From: Camelus ferus
Lineage: Eukaryota
Assembly: GCF_009834535.1 (NCBI RefSeq)
Contig: NC_045696.1
Location: 64,234,001-64,298,000, forward strand
Direction of reading: 5' to 3'
DNA length: 64,000 nucleotides
Of this stretch, positions 24,950 to 38,085 are shown in pieces. Position numbers and translations under genes: made by a program. Position 1 is the first letter of the stretch. Each line of letters begins with the position of its first letter. The notes under the pieces were generated by a model, which saw nothing but the letters and a program-made list of their open reading frames with translations, was not told where the DNA came from and searched no databases.

Positions 24950-25270
24950 GACACACGTGGAACCCCGCTCCCTTTGGACTCCTCCTTTTCACCACCCTCA
25001 AGTCTAAGATCAACTTCGAAGTGGGAAGGGCTGGGGCGGGGAAAGGAGGAAGGAATGGAGCCAGAGCGTCGGCCTCTAGATCTCCAGGTACCCGCTTCTC
25101 CCACTGGGAAATTTACCTGGCTCCTGATGAGGCCTTCGTTAAAGACAAGACTCCTTCAGGCAGCCCATTCTCCCCACCTCCCCTGCCCTGCCCCTGAAAA
25201 AGATCTGGTTCTAGCTAGAGGAGGAGAGCAAGTCCCTTATTCAGCGTGACCTGGGTGCACGTGACAGAGC
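24950..25270. promoter_or_regulatory. Upstream motif cluster (E-boxes and GC box)
   Basis: CACGTG at 24954-24959 and 25258-25263, GGGGCGGGG at 25033-25041, just upstream of the CpG island in PLAAT1 orientation. Motif match only. Confidence 0.35.
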
Positions 25271-27689
25271 AAAGCCTAACTCACTTCCTTTCAGGCCCCG
25301 GGCCAGCAGAGGCCTCCAGGAATACAGCCATGTGAGTTTAAAAATACACCTGGGCATGAAGAGTATCCATTTTCTCCTTGCTAAAAACGGGATGCCAGGA
25401 ATACTAACTGACCAAGTAAGGAAGTCCTGGCGGACTGCTCAGTGAACTTTTTGGAGCGCAGCACAGGACCTTCCTTCAAACAAGTCATAACCTAGATTTT
25501 TACTCTGATATAAATGGACTGTCAGCTAAAAGGAAGGATTTTTCCCCCCTACTGATTCAAAGACTGAAATAGCTTTCTAATTGTTTGTTGTTTTTTGCCA
25601 CAATGGGATAAGAACTACCTAAAGATGCAGCTGCCTTTATAAAGAATTTGGGTTCAGTGTGTGAAGGTTAAGGGTGAATCTGCATGGTTTGAAACTGGGG
25701 TCTGGCTTTGGTATCTCTGGAAACAGAGTAGCAGACATTAAAAACATATTTGTTGGTAAAGTGGAAACTGGAACACTTGAGAGGTTGTGGCTGTGTCTTT
25801 TATGAGTCAATATTTTTCTTGCCTGTTCCCTATATAATATATTTTTAGAGTTATAAACTGAATCAGGTACACCTTTCAGTATCTTTTTAATGTCTCAAGG
25901 AAGAAAGCTATAAACATGCATTTGCTTTATGTTCCCCAACTATTTCAATTGAGTCATCACTGAAGGCAGTGGTTCATGATTTTATACAGGAGAGTTATTG
26001 TGAGCATTTATAAAGCCATCCTGCTTATGAGTTAAATTTATTGTGTTTGCCAGGTTAATCTGTTTTCACTAATCAGACACTTAATCATCCGTTCTCCTCC
26101 CTGCATTATGGATTCATGAATGTGAACGAAGGAGGGTTGCTCAGTCAGGGCAAAATGATAAATTACCTTTTCATTTTGGGGGTATTTGTGATTAAATGCA
26201 TCATGATAGAATTAAAATGAAATAAATCTTGTAATTTTACTTCTAGATCCCTGCCAGGTACAGATAAAATGTTAAGAGTAAATTCAATTCGATGCCTGAA
26301 TGGAATTTGTAGGAGAAAACAGAGAAAGCTTTGTGGCGCAGGGGAACTCTGAGTTTTCCCTTCACTCCTGCGATTGGAGAGGTGGTTAATCACTCAGCAA
26401 TACTCTACGGATGAACAGCACAGAATTAAAATTTCCATCCAGAAAGAATGAGGAATTAGCCTCAGGCAGTAATAGGCAAAGTTTGTCTGAATCTAGAGTT
26501 GTAGTCCTGGGATCTCAAGGGCTGCACATGGCATGTGATAGGAGCGGATGTTAGATTACAACCAAATAACCAGTTCCCATTATTTTGGCTATTATATTAA
26601 GGGAAGCACCACGTGGATGGCACCCTCAGTTGCTGCCTAGTGGGGTTGAAAGGGTTGAAACATATTGAAATAACCATAATGGAGCTACTTCAGTCATGTT
26701 TGTTGTAAAATAAAGTCCACATACCAGCAAAAGCCCTGGGTTAACAGGAGTCATTATTTGCCTTTTCAACACATGGAGACTGAAACCAATTGGCATTATG
26801 TAATGTTATCCTCAAAAGAACCCTGTTTTTTAATGCAGTATTTTACAACTAGCAAAGTGTTTTCATACCCTTTGTCTCATTTGAGCCTCACAACAAACCC
26901 GGTGGTTACTCAGGTCTTGGTCAGAGCCATGGAAGTCCTCACTCAGGATCTCCTGGGGAAAGACCCAGATTAGGTCTCTTAGTCAAGAGTTTTTCCTCTA
27001 GCCAAACTCCCTCTTTATATAGACAGTAAAAACAAAGTCTTCCTTTCGGATGAAAATTCACAAAAACAAAAGTCTGCACAAATACGAGGTAAATGAGACT
27101 TAGGGCAAAAATGATCTTGTAAAGATATCCTGGCCTTAACAGAAATTTTGCTGAGATGATACAGGTTTTGGCTACAGTAGCATAATAAGTGAGAGTTGAG
27201 ACAGTCAATCATGTAGTTGCAACCTTGCCCCCCAAAATCCATGCTGTAAAAATGAAAGCTTTTTTCTTGACTTGAATATTGACAAGCGATAGGTCTGTTC
27301 AGATTGGATTTTGGGACAAATTGCTCGAACCTCTCATTCAGTGTGCTTTGTACATTCTTGGTCAATGTGGTTGGAGCTAGAAATCTGTTCCTCTACAGAA
27401 TCCTCACGGAGTGCACATCCAGGCTATGTCGTATCTCTGTGACTGCTGCTTCCCCCATAGTTATGTGCATTTGAAACTACCATGCTTGGTAAGTCAGCCT
27501 GAGCCAAGGGTCTAGGGCAGTTAAGGGGACTGCCTGGTGGAGAAAAGAATGATTTAATGGAGCTCAGGTCAGAGGCACAGAAACCTACCAGCATGTGGCA
27601 AGGAAGATAGGACATGGGTAGGACTTTTATAGAAGAAGTTATCTGCATTCTGCCCAGGAAAAAAGGGCAATGGAAAAGACTTGGGCAAT

Positions 27690-27830
27690 GAATCAGGTAT
27701 CTTGGGTTCTAATCCCAGTTCTGTCATTTGCCAGCTGTGTGACATGAGACATGTCCTTTAAGCCTGATCCTCAGTTATACATGTATGAAATGGGAAAAGT
27801 AATAACATAGCCTGCCATTTTTCACAAATT
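27690..27830 (+). mobile_element. MIR remnant
   Basis: gggttctaatcccagttctgtcatttgccagctgtgtgac...cctcagtt...aaatggg. Confidence 0.65.
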
Positions 27831-29138
27831 AGCAATAAGGTCTCTTGATTATATAAAGATTTGGATTATACAATTAACATTATACAAAAAAAAATATACA
27901 AAAACATAAGGAAGAATACAGTCAAACTATGATTGGTCAATAGATGTAACACAAGGGTATCCTTGAAAATGACACATTTCACTATATTCAGGAAGAGAAA
28001 TGGCTACATACATACATAATATTCCTATCCTTGCTCTTCCCTTTTGCCTCTTTCCTTTTAAGTTTAGAGCAAACTGTCTTATTTATTCATTGTAACATTT
28101 ACATAGTATAAATATCTGTCACGTAAAAGTGATACTGACAATGTAGTTAAGCTTTTATTGTCTTTTATTAGTCTGCTAAATAAAAGTCCATCATTAAAAA
28201 GAGGCCACAAATATAAATGATTTTTAGGGACTTTGCCCTAAGGGGAAATCATACAATGCACTTGGGAGAAGGTAATTCTGACTTGGTCCTCCATAAAATG
28301 CTAAATTTCTGCACAAAATCTTAAAGCACAAGTGTTTACAGGACTCTTGGTGACAAGAAAAACGATAGTAATGTGCCTCAGCACTAAAATTCCCGTATCC
28401 ATGGAAACCTGTGAAGTTCTGAAAGCACAGGCACGCAGCCTACGTATTTATGGAAGGTCTGAGGCAGTGATGGGTGGGTTACTATGCTGTGAAAAGCCGA
28501 CAGATTCCTGGGAGCTGCTCACAGGCATGGATGATTCCCCCCTTGCTAAATGCAATCAGAGAGAAATTCAGAAATCTCAGACGTTACCAAAAAAAAAAAA
28601 AAAAAATCCCACATTTATATATTTACATTTACTTATATCTGTCATAATAGAGTAAGTTAAATCAGATTTTAATTCGAGAAAAGGCTTGAGAAACCATCAG
28701 AATTTCCCTCTCCCCACCACATTTGTAGCTATGTTAAAAAACTCTCCAGATTTTCCATGTGTGCAGATCGAGGTGTTTCTTGAATGTTGGAAAAGAATGT
28801 CACCGTTTTTAATCAAACTGATTATTCCTGAGAAATTTAAATGTGTTCCTGGTCAGTGTTTCCTAAGGTATAATGGCTTTGAAGCCAAAGAACATAATAA
28901 TATTAGAGGGAAAGGATCATCTACAGATTTCTGAAGTGTTTATAGAACCAAGGAGCAATATGCCAATAAAATAAGGAAGTAATTCATAAGTAGTCATAAG
29001 GCATATTCATATAGTGCTCCATTTTTTTAAAACATATATATCATCTCATTTAGCACCTATATCACTTTTAATGGATATCATTATCCTCATTTTTCCTTGC
29101 ATTGCCAAGTACTGGATTTTTTCTCAAATTTTGTTCTA

Positions 29139-29780
29139 TTCTAATTTGAAAAGATACATGCACCCCAATGTTCATAGCAGCACTATTTACAATAACCAAG
29201 ACATGGAAACAACCTAAATGTCCATTGACATATGACTGAATAAAGAAGCTATGCTATATATATAATGGAGCACTATTCAGCCATAAAAAAGAATAATAGA
29301 AGATGTGGTATATATACAATGGAATACTACTCGGCCATAAAAAATAAAATAATGCCATTTGAGCAACATGGATGGACCTGGAGATTGTTGTTCTAAGTAA
29401 AGTAAGCCAGAAAGAGAAAGAAAAATACCATATGATATCACTCATATGTGGAATCTAAAAAAAAAAAAAAAAGACACAAATGAACTTATTTACAAAATAG
29501 AAACAGACTCACATAGAAAAAAATTTATAACTACTGGGTAGAAGGTCTATGGGACAGGATAAATTGGGAGTTTGAGATCTGCAGATACTAACTACTATGT
29601 ATAAAATGGATAAACAACAAATTTCTACTATATAGCACAGGGAACTATATTCACTATCTTGTAGTAATTTATAATGAAAAAGAATATGAAAATGATTATA
29701 AGTATGTATATGTATGACTGAAACATTATGCTGTACACCAGAAATTGACACAACATTGTAAACTGTATTTCAATTTAAAA
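29139..29780 (+). mobile_element. Camelid-type L1 3' end with TSD
   Basis: ORF2 end and 3' UTR, flanked by aaattttgttcta (29126-29138) and aaatattgttcta (29781-29793). Confidence 0.9.
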
Positions 29781-29937
29781 AAATATTGTTCTAGATATTA
29801 ATGATTTATAAATGGTCTGTGTTTGGTTGGGATACATTAAAACAGATAAAATTATTAATGAGTTTTTAAAAATACTTTGGATTTTATCCCTACAGAAGTT
29901 TTCTCTTTAAAAATGTTTTTGTGTGTTTGGTTCTCTA

Positions 29938-30160
29938 AAGTTGTGTTGTTCAGTATGGTAGCCATTAGCCACATGTGACCACTGAGTGCTTGGAATGTGT
30001 TTTGTGTCACATGTTGAAATGATAATATTTAAGTGTATTTGGTTAAATAAAATATGACCTTAATTTCACTTGTTTCTTTTTATTTTTTTAATATGCTTAT
30101 TAAATTTTTAAAAATTGTATAAGAGGGTAGCATTAAATTTCTATTGGACAGCACTGCTCT
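29938..30160. mobile_element. hAT-Charlie MITE (MER3/MER33-like)
   Basis: atggtagccattagccacatgtg...tttctattggacagcactgctct. Confidence 0.7.
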
Positions 30161-30856
30161 AATAAAACTGTCCAGAGCCTTCAAAAGGTGTCTCTTTTTT
30201 GATCATTTCCTGTACACCAGACTCTGTCTTGGAATTGACCTGCCATACTTTTCACCACAATACGATTAGCAGCACTGCTTTTGTGTAAAGTTCTTTTAAC
30301 TATTCTTCTCTTTCTGAGCCAGGTTTCTTTCTTTTTCACCCATACAATGCTCTAAGGCAAAATCCCAGTAAGCAAATGGACCATCTTCTCCTTTGTCTTT
30401 GCTTCCAGAGAGGCAATTGGGCCCAGCACCTGCCCCCAGTGAGACCCAGTAAGCCCAGCCAAGACCCATAGTTTGCCAGCATCTAGCACCCTGGATGCTA
30501 GACCATGCACCTGGGAAGAGAGTGCTGCCCTGTATCGAAACTGGCTCAGTCACTTCCAATTGTAAGAGCTAAAGCTATTTTGCATTATTATCTTGTATTG
30601 TTATTGTAATCTGAACTCAGGTTACAACCTGAGTTGTAATCCAATATTCATTAACTGACTGTGTGACTTTTGTCAAATCATTTAAGCTCCCTGGGCCCCA
30701 GTTTTCTTTTATTCTATTCTATTTTTTTAATGGAATTTAATAATTAGGTACATTTTATAGATAAACTCTTGTGATTTCAGATTCTAATGACTCAGTTTGA
30801 ATTTGTAAAGCTGGGATGAAAAGAACATATGAAGAAATAATAGTTTTGCTTCCAGC

Positions 30857-32100
30857 TGTATCAGGAATGCTTTCAGCTGCAAGTAAGAGAACCTCACACT
30901 AACAGTGCCTTAAACAAGAGGAGTTTATTTTTCTCACATGTTCAGAAGTCAGAAGATAGACCCTGTTAGAATGATATCCCTGCATCAGACCCGTCAGTAG
31001 ATGCTGGTAGTTTGATCTTCATGATGTAACCAGAATCTAACCTTTCTCTCTGCCTCCACAACCTACACCTGTGGCCAGCCACCCACAGCTCTCGCAGTAT
31101 TTTTCCTGTCTCCCTGTTCCTTCCCTTGCCTTCTTACATTGTCTATATACAACAGCCAGCACATTTTTTTAAGTACCAGAAAGGTAAAATTTAAGTCCTT
31201 TGTTGGTTTCCTGCTCAAAATCCTCCATGATTTCTTATACCCTTAAAAAATGAAATTTAGAATCCTTATGACAACTTTCAAGCCTCTAAACAACCTGGAC
31301 ACCTGCAATCTCTCTTATCTCATTCCCTTCATTCTCCCTGTTGCTCACTCATGTCTAGCCTCTCTGGTCTGCCTGCTGCTCCTTGAGTGGCTGAGCATGT
31401 TTTCCCTGAGGGCCTTTGCATATGCTGTTCCCTCATCCCAGAGCACTCCTTTCCACTCCCCAAATATCTGCATGACTTGCTCCTTCACTTCCTTTAGTTC
31501 TCTCAAATGTCACTTTATCAGATAGATCTCCCTTTATCCACTATGTAAAATATCACCCCATCAGTCTTCAAATCCCTTGTCCTTCTTAAGTTTTTACCAT
31601 AGCTGTTAATTCTAGCTGACATATTATATATTTCTTATTGGCTGTTTGTTCTCCTACTAAAATGTAAGCTCCCTGTAAGCAGGCATTGCTTATTTTGTAT
31701 ATAGGAATGCCCACCACTAGTACCGTGCCTGGTGCATAATAAGCATTCAATGAATAGTTGTTGAGTGAATATTTTTGCAACTGAATGATATCAAGTCCCT
31801 CTGTCAGTGTCTCTTAGTCTTCTCCTTGCTGCAAGGGGGCTGCAGCAGCTCCCACCATCATGTCCTCACACAATCACCTTGAGAAATAGGAGACGGTGAA
31901 GAAAGAGCCTTTTCCTCCTGCACTGCTCTCTTAATAGGGAGAAAGACACCTCTCCTAGACTCTTCCAGCAGATTCCCCTTCATATTTTATTGACCAGAAC
32001 TGGGCCAGGAGCTACCCTTATCTGCAACAGAGGCTGAGAAAGGAAGTTTTTGGCTTCTCTAGGCTTTAGAGAAGGAATTAGATAAGGGAAAATAGTATGA
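30857..32100 (-). mobile_element. Old MLT1-type LTR, split by an L2 insertion
   Basis: The left part (tttcagctgcaagtaa...ttaaacaagaggagtttattt) and right part (ggctgcagcagctcc...ttgaccagaactggg...gaggctgagaaa) read as contiguous reverse MLT1 sequence. Confidence 0.6.
30979..31782 (+). mobile_element. L2 (L2a-like) 3' portion
   Basis: cctgctcaaaatcctcca...agggcctttgcatatgctgttccct...aatgtaagctcc...gtgcctggtgcataataagcattcaatgaata. Confidence 0.85.
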
Positions 32101-32959
32101 TCAATCAAATCACCTTGCCGATAATAGGCTGTGCTGAGTACACCCCAGTTATGTCACATGGCTGATTAGCGATTTGGAAAACCATGAGACCCAGAAGCAC
32201 TCAATAGAGTGCTTTCACCCTGTAATGCCCCTGTTTTTCCCCTCTTGAAAATGTAGCCATTTATATGACTTATCTTTCCAATTTAATTAGTTTCATTAAA
32301 TGAAAACATTTTCAAATAATCACATGGGGAAAAATTACATAGGTAATTTTATTAGAGAAGGTTGAAGGAAGGGTATCACGAGGGGAGAACTGGGTTGCCA
32401 GAGGAAGGAAGATGGCCAGAGGCACACAGACCTAGGATGGGACAAGAGGAGAGGAGGTGAGTGAAGTCTGCTGGAAGATGGATGTGGCCTTGTTGGTGAG
32501 AGGGTTGGGCAATAAGGACAGGAGCCAGAGGCCATACTTTCCTACTTGATTTCACAGCCTTATTCATGATCTGCAAAAGAACCAAGACCAGATTTTTACG
32601 TAACATTTGTAAATCAGGTACTTGGAATGTTGCATCAGAATTTATTTTTCCTTTTAAATAATTGACCAAAGCTTGGTTCTTGGCAGATTGATGCCGTAGC
32701 CCAGGGCAGTGTCCTCCAGGTTCTAAGGGAGTCGAGAAAAGGATTTGGGTGTCCAGGTAACTCCTCTCTTCGCATCTTTCATGAGCGATCAATGGCTTAA
32801 TATTTCCACAGAGTGAAGATATAGTTCAGGTCTGAAATGTGGGGCAGTAGATGAGAAAGCAAACCATACAGGACACCAAGTTGGGAGGGAAAGAGAAAGC
32901 AAGGGGAGCCTCCTCACCTTTTCACCCCAAGCACTGTGTTCCAGGCTTCCAGCTCTCTG

Positions 32960-32960
<1 letters not shown>

Positions 32961-32999
<39 letters not shown>
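32961..32999. repeat. (CA)n microsatellite
   Basis: Perfect CA run of about 19 units. Confidence 0.97.
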
Positions 33000-33001
<2 letters not shown>

Positions 33002-35057
33002 CAATCACAGAGCCCGAGTGTCAGGTCTGAAAGTATGGATCTTCAGATCCAGCTGCCGGCACTCCCAGACTTTCAAGTAAGCCCTGTATGATGCGATTGT
33101 AAGACACTGTGACCACCCACCGTTATCTCCTGTAGCCATTTAAAGAGTAAGGTGGACTTTTCACGTTTTGTAATGACATTTAGGATGATGTGTGAGGCAG
33201 GCATTTGGAAATAAATGATATTCAAATGCTTAGCCGCTCAGATCTCTTTTTCAACAAAGCATGAATGAGCAACAGGCCAAATAGAATTAATAAAAATCTC
33301 CACTGGCTGTGAAATCTTTTGTCAAATATGACCTCTGGGATAAGGACACAGGCCTGTTGCCCCCAGCTCATACATAGTACGTCTTATCAAATCGGCACAT
33401 TTTCCTGACTATTAAAAAATGGCTTTCAAGTCTTCCTGTGGAATGACCAAGAAAGACAATAAGAAGAGATTAGACATTAGAGGTGAACACACTGCCCTTG
33501 AGATAATTTGATTCTGCACCAAATTCTAGTGCTTGCTGGGGATGAGCCCTTGGCCAGACTCTGCTCTAAGAGGTAAGGAGGATAGATTGCCTGGTGGCAT
33601 GCTCCATCTCTGCCATGCATAGCAGTTTAATTGTGCAGATTATTTAATCTCTCTGTTCCCCCATTTTTCCTTCTTTTATGAAGACCCATCTTTTTAGGTT
33701 AATGTGAGAATTAAACAAATTAATAAATAATAAATACTTAGAATAATACCTGGCAAATGCTATGTAAATGTTAGCAATAATTGTCATTGTTGCTACCCAG
33801 AGTAGATATGTGCTCAGTAAGTGGACACTCGGAGCGATATGGTAAAAACGGATCTTTGACTAAGTGGATTTAAGGGTATAAAGAAAACATAAATATTTTA
33901 TTTGTGAGTGAAAAAGAATTGCAAAAGAAATTGGAGCATAATATTTCTTTCCAAAGATACAAAAGGCATTGCCTTGTGTAAAATGGATCACAGATGCCCC
34001 TATCTCTCTGGCTGGGATTATACATAAAACTTGACTGCCTGGAAAATTAAGCATATACATATGTACATGTAAAATTAGACATAAAACAGTGACTTCTAGT
34101 CACTGAACTGACTGGAAAATTTAGCCAGAAATGAATCATTCAATCCAAGAAACCAAATCTTTGAAACCAAGTTTTTGGCTCAAGTGACCTTATTTTTCTC
34201 TCTGTCTGCACTGACTGATTCCATTAGGACCATAGAACAAGTTGAACAGGTATCTTCTTGGCTGCCTGGAAACGCCTCCCTGGCTTTTTCTTTTCTTTAG
34301 CAGAGAACTAATCTTCACTCTTCCCAAGGCTGCTGGATGCTGAGCTGCTTAATGTTAGACTTTGAATAGTGATTCTCTGTGGCTTATTGCTGGAAGGAAT
34401 GTCAAGATTCCTTGGGCTCCTGATTCTCCGTACCTGTCTTCTCCAGCAAATGCTGTCATCCTAGAGGCCAGAGCCTGGGATTTTGCATATAAAGTACAGC
34501 AAGTTTATCTGCAGAAAATTGGCCCCCGATCCGCGGAGAAACACAGACGTACTTGAAAGTGCCAAGGTTCTGTGGCAGGGTTGCTGCCAAGTAGTGCCCC
34601 CAAATTTGCATGAAGGTCTCTGCAATGTGAGCCCCAGCACTCTTTAAACTCCTGTTTAATGACTCGTGTTTAATGGTATTATAGTGTGTCATGAATATCC
34701 AGGTTGATCATTGGAGGTAACTCTTGAGCTAGTTGGAAATAGCATTAATATCTCCAGAACTCCTGTCAACTACTGGGAAAAATACATACACAAAAGAGTA
34801 GAAGCAAATTTAAGGGAAAAACAATGCAAAAAGAGCTCTGCTACCGAAGAAGCATCCACCGGTTTGCTGAGTTACTTTTTCCTGCCCACCCCTTAATACT
34901 TATCCCAGTTTAACCACCACAGGGCCACCAGAATTGTTTCTAAGGCAGATCTGATCATGTCAGTCCCCTGATTAAACCCTTCTCTACCACCTGCAAGATG
35001 AAGTATAAATCCCTCAGCCCTTCACTTTGGCCTTAATATCAGATTCCATTATACCTC

Positions 35058-35703
35058 TGCCAACTGGAAAAACAAAACAAAACAAAACAAAAATACACAC
35101 ACAGCCTAAAAGATTGAGAGTTACATTTTATTCAGCAAACATTTCTGAGGACTTAAGCCCAGGAGGCTGCCTCTCAGATCGCTCTAAGAGACAGCTCCCA
35201 AGAGGCAGGGGAGGAGCCAGGATATATAGGAGTTTTGCAACCAAGACCAGATAGGTGGAACATCAAAAGATTACTGTTTATTAAAGAAAACCAGATATCT
35301 CAAGTTAAGCCATTTAGTGCTGCTCTTTTTTTTTAAATATATTTTTATTGAAGTATAGTCAGTTTACAGTATTGTGTCAATTTCTGGTGTACAGCACAAT
35401 GCTTCCGTCATATAGGAACATACATATATTCGTTTTCTATGTATGAGAAAATACAGAAGTCTGGGCTCACTGAAATCATTCCTTTGATATGCGTCTAGCT
35501 ATCCAGGGCCAGTATCCTGTTCTTCCCCATCCTGAGTTCCCTCAGGGGGCACCACTGGGGGTGGCTGCAGAGGCCGGGCTGCCTGCTCGTCTGTATCCTG
35601 ATTTCCCTCCGGCTCACTGTTGGGGGCCGCATTAGTGGCTGATGACTTGATGGCAGCAGCATCCTTTGTTTACTGTTATGGCAGGCAGTAGTCTTCATTC
35701 CCA
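35058..35703 (-). mobile_element. ERV1 solo LTR, artiodactyl MER41-like
   Basis: TG...CA ends, 4-bp flanks cctc/cctt, minus-strand TATA-like TATATA near 35223-35228 and AATAAA at 35127-35132. Family assignment is from memory of gaaaaccagatatctcaagttaa...ctgggctcactgaaatcattcctttgatatgc. Confidence 0.75.
35325..35433 (-). mobile_element. Short L1 3' end inserted in the LTR
   Basis: Poly-T then tttttattgaagtatagtcagtttaca...tttctggtgtacagcac, the reverse complement of the L1 ends near 29.7 and 40.2 kb. Confidence 0.85.
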
Positions 35704-37599
35704 CCTTTCAGACTTCATCTCCCACCTCTACCTCCCTCTCCCACCTTACCACCCCCCAGTCCCTACACCATATGTTCTGACTACTATGAACTACTTAAAA
35801 TTCCTTGACCGTGACAGATGTCATCTTGTCTCTGTGTCCATTATGCCCTTATGCCTCCTGTTTCACTGGTAAAACTCCTTATGTTTCAAGGGCCAGTTCA
35901 GATGTTACTACTTCAAAAACAAAGCAACGTTTCCCTTTTCTTTCATTGTACTTACTCATAACTTTCTAAAACAGTGCTTGTTAGATGTGCTTTTCTCTCT
36001 TTCCCAGTAGACTGTGAGCTTCTTGGTATGGTTTTGTAGTCTTTTATTCACATTTGTGTCCCTAATACCTAACCCAGGACTGCAGGTGTACGATGGTTGA
36101 TCTTAGAAGAATGAAAATACGAATGAGCTTCTCTTTGTTTTATTTTCTGTCTCCCTACTATCATCTGGCACTTCTCACCAGGGATTCATTTTGCTAATCA
36201 CAAGTGCCAGTTCTCACTGCTCTGATACGCATCCCTGCAAGACCTCTGATACCAATGAAAGTAAGGTGGAATCTCACCAACTCCTCGAGGGTAAATGAAG
36301 GATGTTCTGTGGAAGCAGCTAACACAAAATTATAACCTGATAGAAACAGCTGCCGTGTCTCATCTGCTGTCATCACTAGTGTTCCAGAAACCGCCTGCAA
36401 ATTCCACTTTCTGACAACTTAGAAGCTGTTCAGCCGCCTCCCCGCTGATTTGCTTTCTGGTGGAGCTCAAAAGGTACCAGCTTGTAGTTAGAGGGCCTGA
36501 ATTCTGGTCTTGGCTTTGCAGCGTGAAATCCATCCGAATGACTTCATGTTAGAAACTTAGAGCTGAGTCTCCGTTCCTTCATGTGCAAAACAAGGAAGAT
36601 GGTCCTTTCCCCAGCCCTACTGACCTTGCTGGGTTCCTCTGAAGTTCAGAGGATGTAAAGAATTAGAAATCACCTTACAAGTCAGAAAATTCATCAGGGG
36701 ATGGAGGTCAGGAATACAGTATTAGTTATACTTTAGTCTTAGCAGTCTGAGGTTTTCCACCATGGTTGTCTTCAGAAAAATCAAATCAAATACAATGTCT
36801 AGAATTCAGGAATTTCTACAGGAAGATCAAACTAAATACAATAGCTAAGACATATTCTATCATCCAGGTAAAATTTCAACCTCTATCACTAGGAACCCAG
36901 GATCTTTGCTAGGTAGCCCCCATTCAAAGTTCATTAACCAGTTGTCACCATCGGTACCATTTATATGTGAGACCACATGTCCAGACTCAGTTTAGCCACA
37001 TGAGACCAGAAACCAAAGAAAAGCAATGTCCTAGAAGTATCTGTGCACCTCTCAGGGAGGTGACTAGCTAACCTGTATGGACATCTCTGATTATATCCCT
37101 TGAGCAATGTGGTTCTGTCATTAGACATAGAATAGGACGTAAAGTCTTATTCTGCTTAGAATAGGACTATAAATCTATTTTGATTGGAGTCATTAGAAGT
37201 TGTGAGGGATAAATGACAAGGAAAGCTACTGTAGAGAACAGTAATATCAGCTGACACTGATGGTCACTGTGCACCATACATTCTCCTAACCCACAATCCT
37301 TTGATGCAGATTCCCCCGATAGCCCCATTTCTAGAGTTGGGGAAAATTAAGTCATACACTTCCAGAGTGTAGAGCGAGGATTCAAAACCCTTCTTTCCCT
37401 GACTCTGCAGCCCGGATGTTTAACACTCAGTCAGGTCCTGGCCCTCGTGAGGTCCACTAGCAGCTAGAATTTCCCTGAGGATTACTGAGAGTTATTTGGG
37501 TAAAATGTCAGGTGTACATTTACTCTGTATGGTTTCTTTGTACAGTCAACTTCAATAAATTGAGGTGAGAGGATGCACCTGGATGATTATTTATTCTTT

Positions 37600-38085
37600 A
37601 GATTGCTGTCCAGGAGCTAGTTGCTTATCCAAAAACCTTTCTCTGCCTTTTGCTTGATAAAGAACCCCACTTTGATTTCAACTGGCAATATGCCCATCTA
37701 AAACTTATAATTTCTAGGCTCCTGCGTGGTTATGTAACTATGTTCTAAGCAATGTGATCATAATGGAAGCAGTACTATGAAATCTTGTGGTGTTTCCAGA
37801 AAAGGGAGTTAACACAGCTGGGCCGTACATCGTTCTTTTATTCTGCTTCTTCTTTCTGTTACAGGAGCTCCAGAAGTTGTGCTGGTCCATGGATGACTTG
37901 AGGATGAAAGCCAGAGGCAGGGAGAGAGAAAGAGCCTGAACTTCCAGTTATTTTTGGAGCATTCATGTCAATAGTGGACAACCTATTCTACCTTCTTTCT
38001 ATCAGAAGAATAAATCTTGAGAGTTTTAGTAGATGTTATTTTGGTTTTCCTTTCATATGCAACCAGACCTAACCCTAACTGATAA
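37600..38085 (+). mobile_element. MaLR (MLT1-type) LTR
   Basis: Ends with ttggttttc...atatgcaacc...cctaactgata. Internal gaggatgaaagcca motif. Confidence 0.6.

Larger units (their letters stand above)
34900..36125 (+). mobile_element. L2 remnant interrupted by an LTR
   Basis: L2 phrases before 35057 (gatctgatcatgtc...cccctgattaaaccct) and after 35704 (tagactgtgagcttct...cctaatacctaac). Confidence 0.6.

Noticed and set aside
32789..33004. CVCVCV-containing ORFs (also 38946-39245 and 7323-7556)
   Set aside because: Translations of CA/TG microsatellites.
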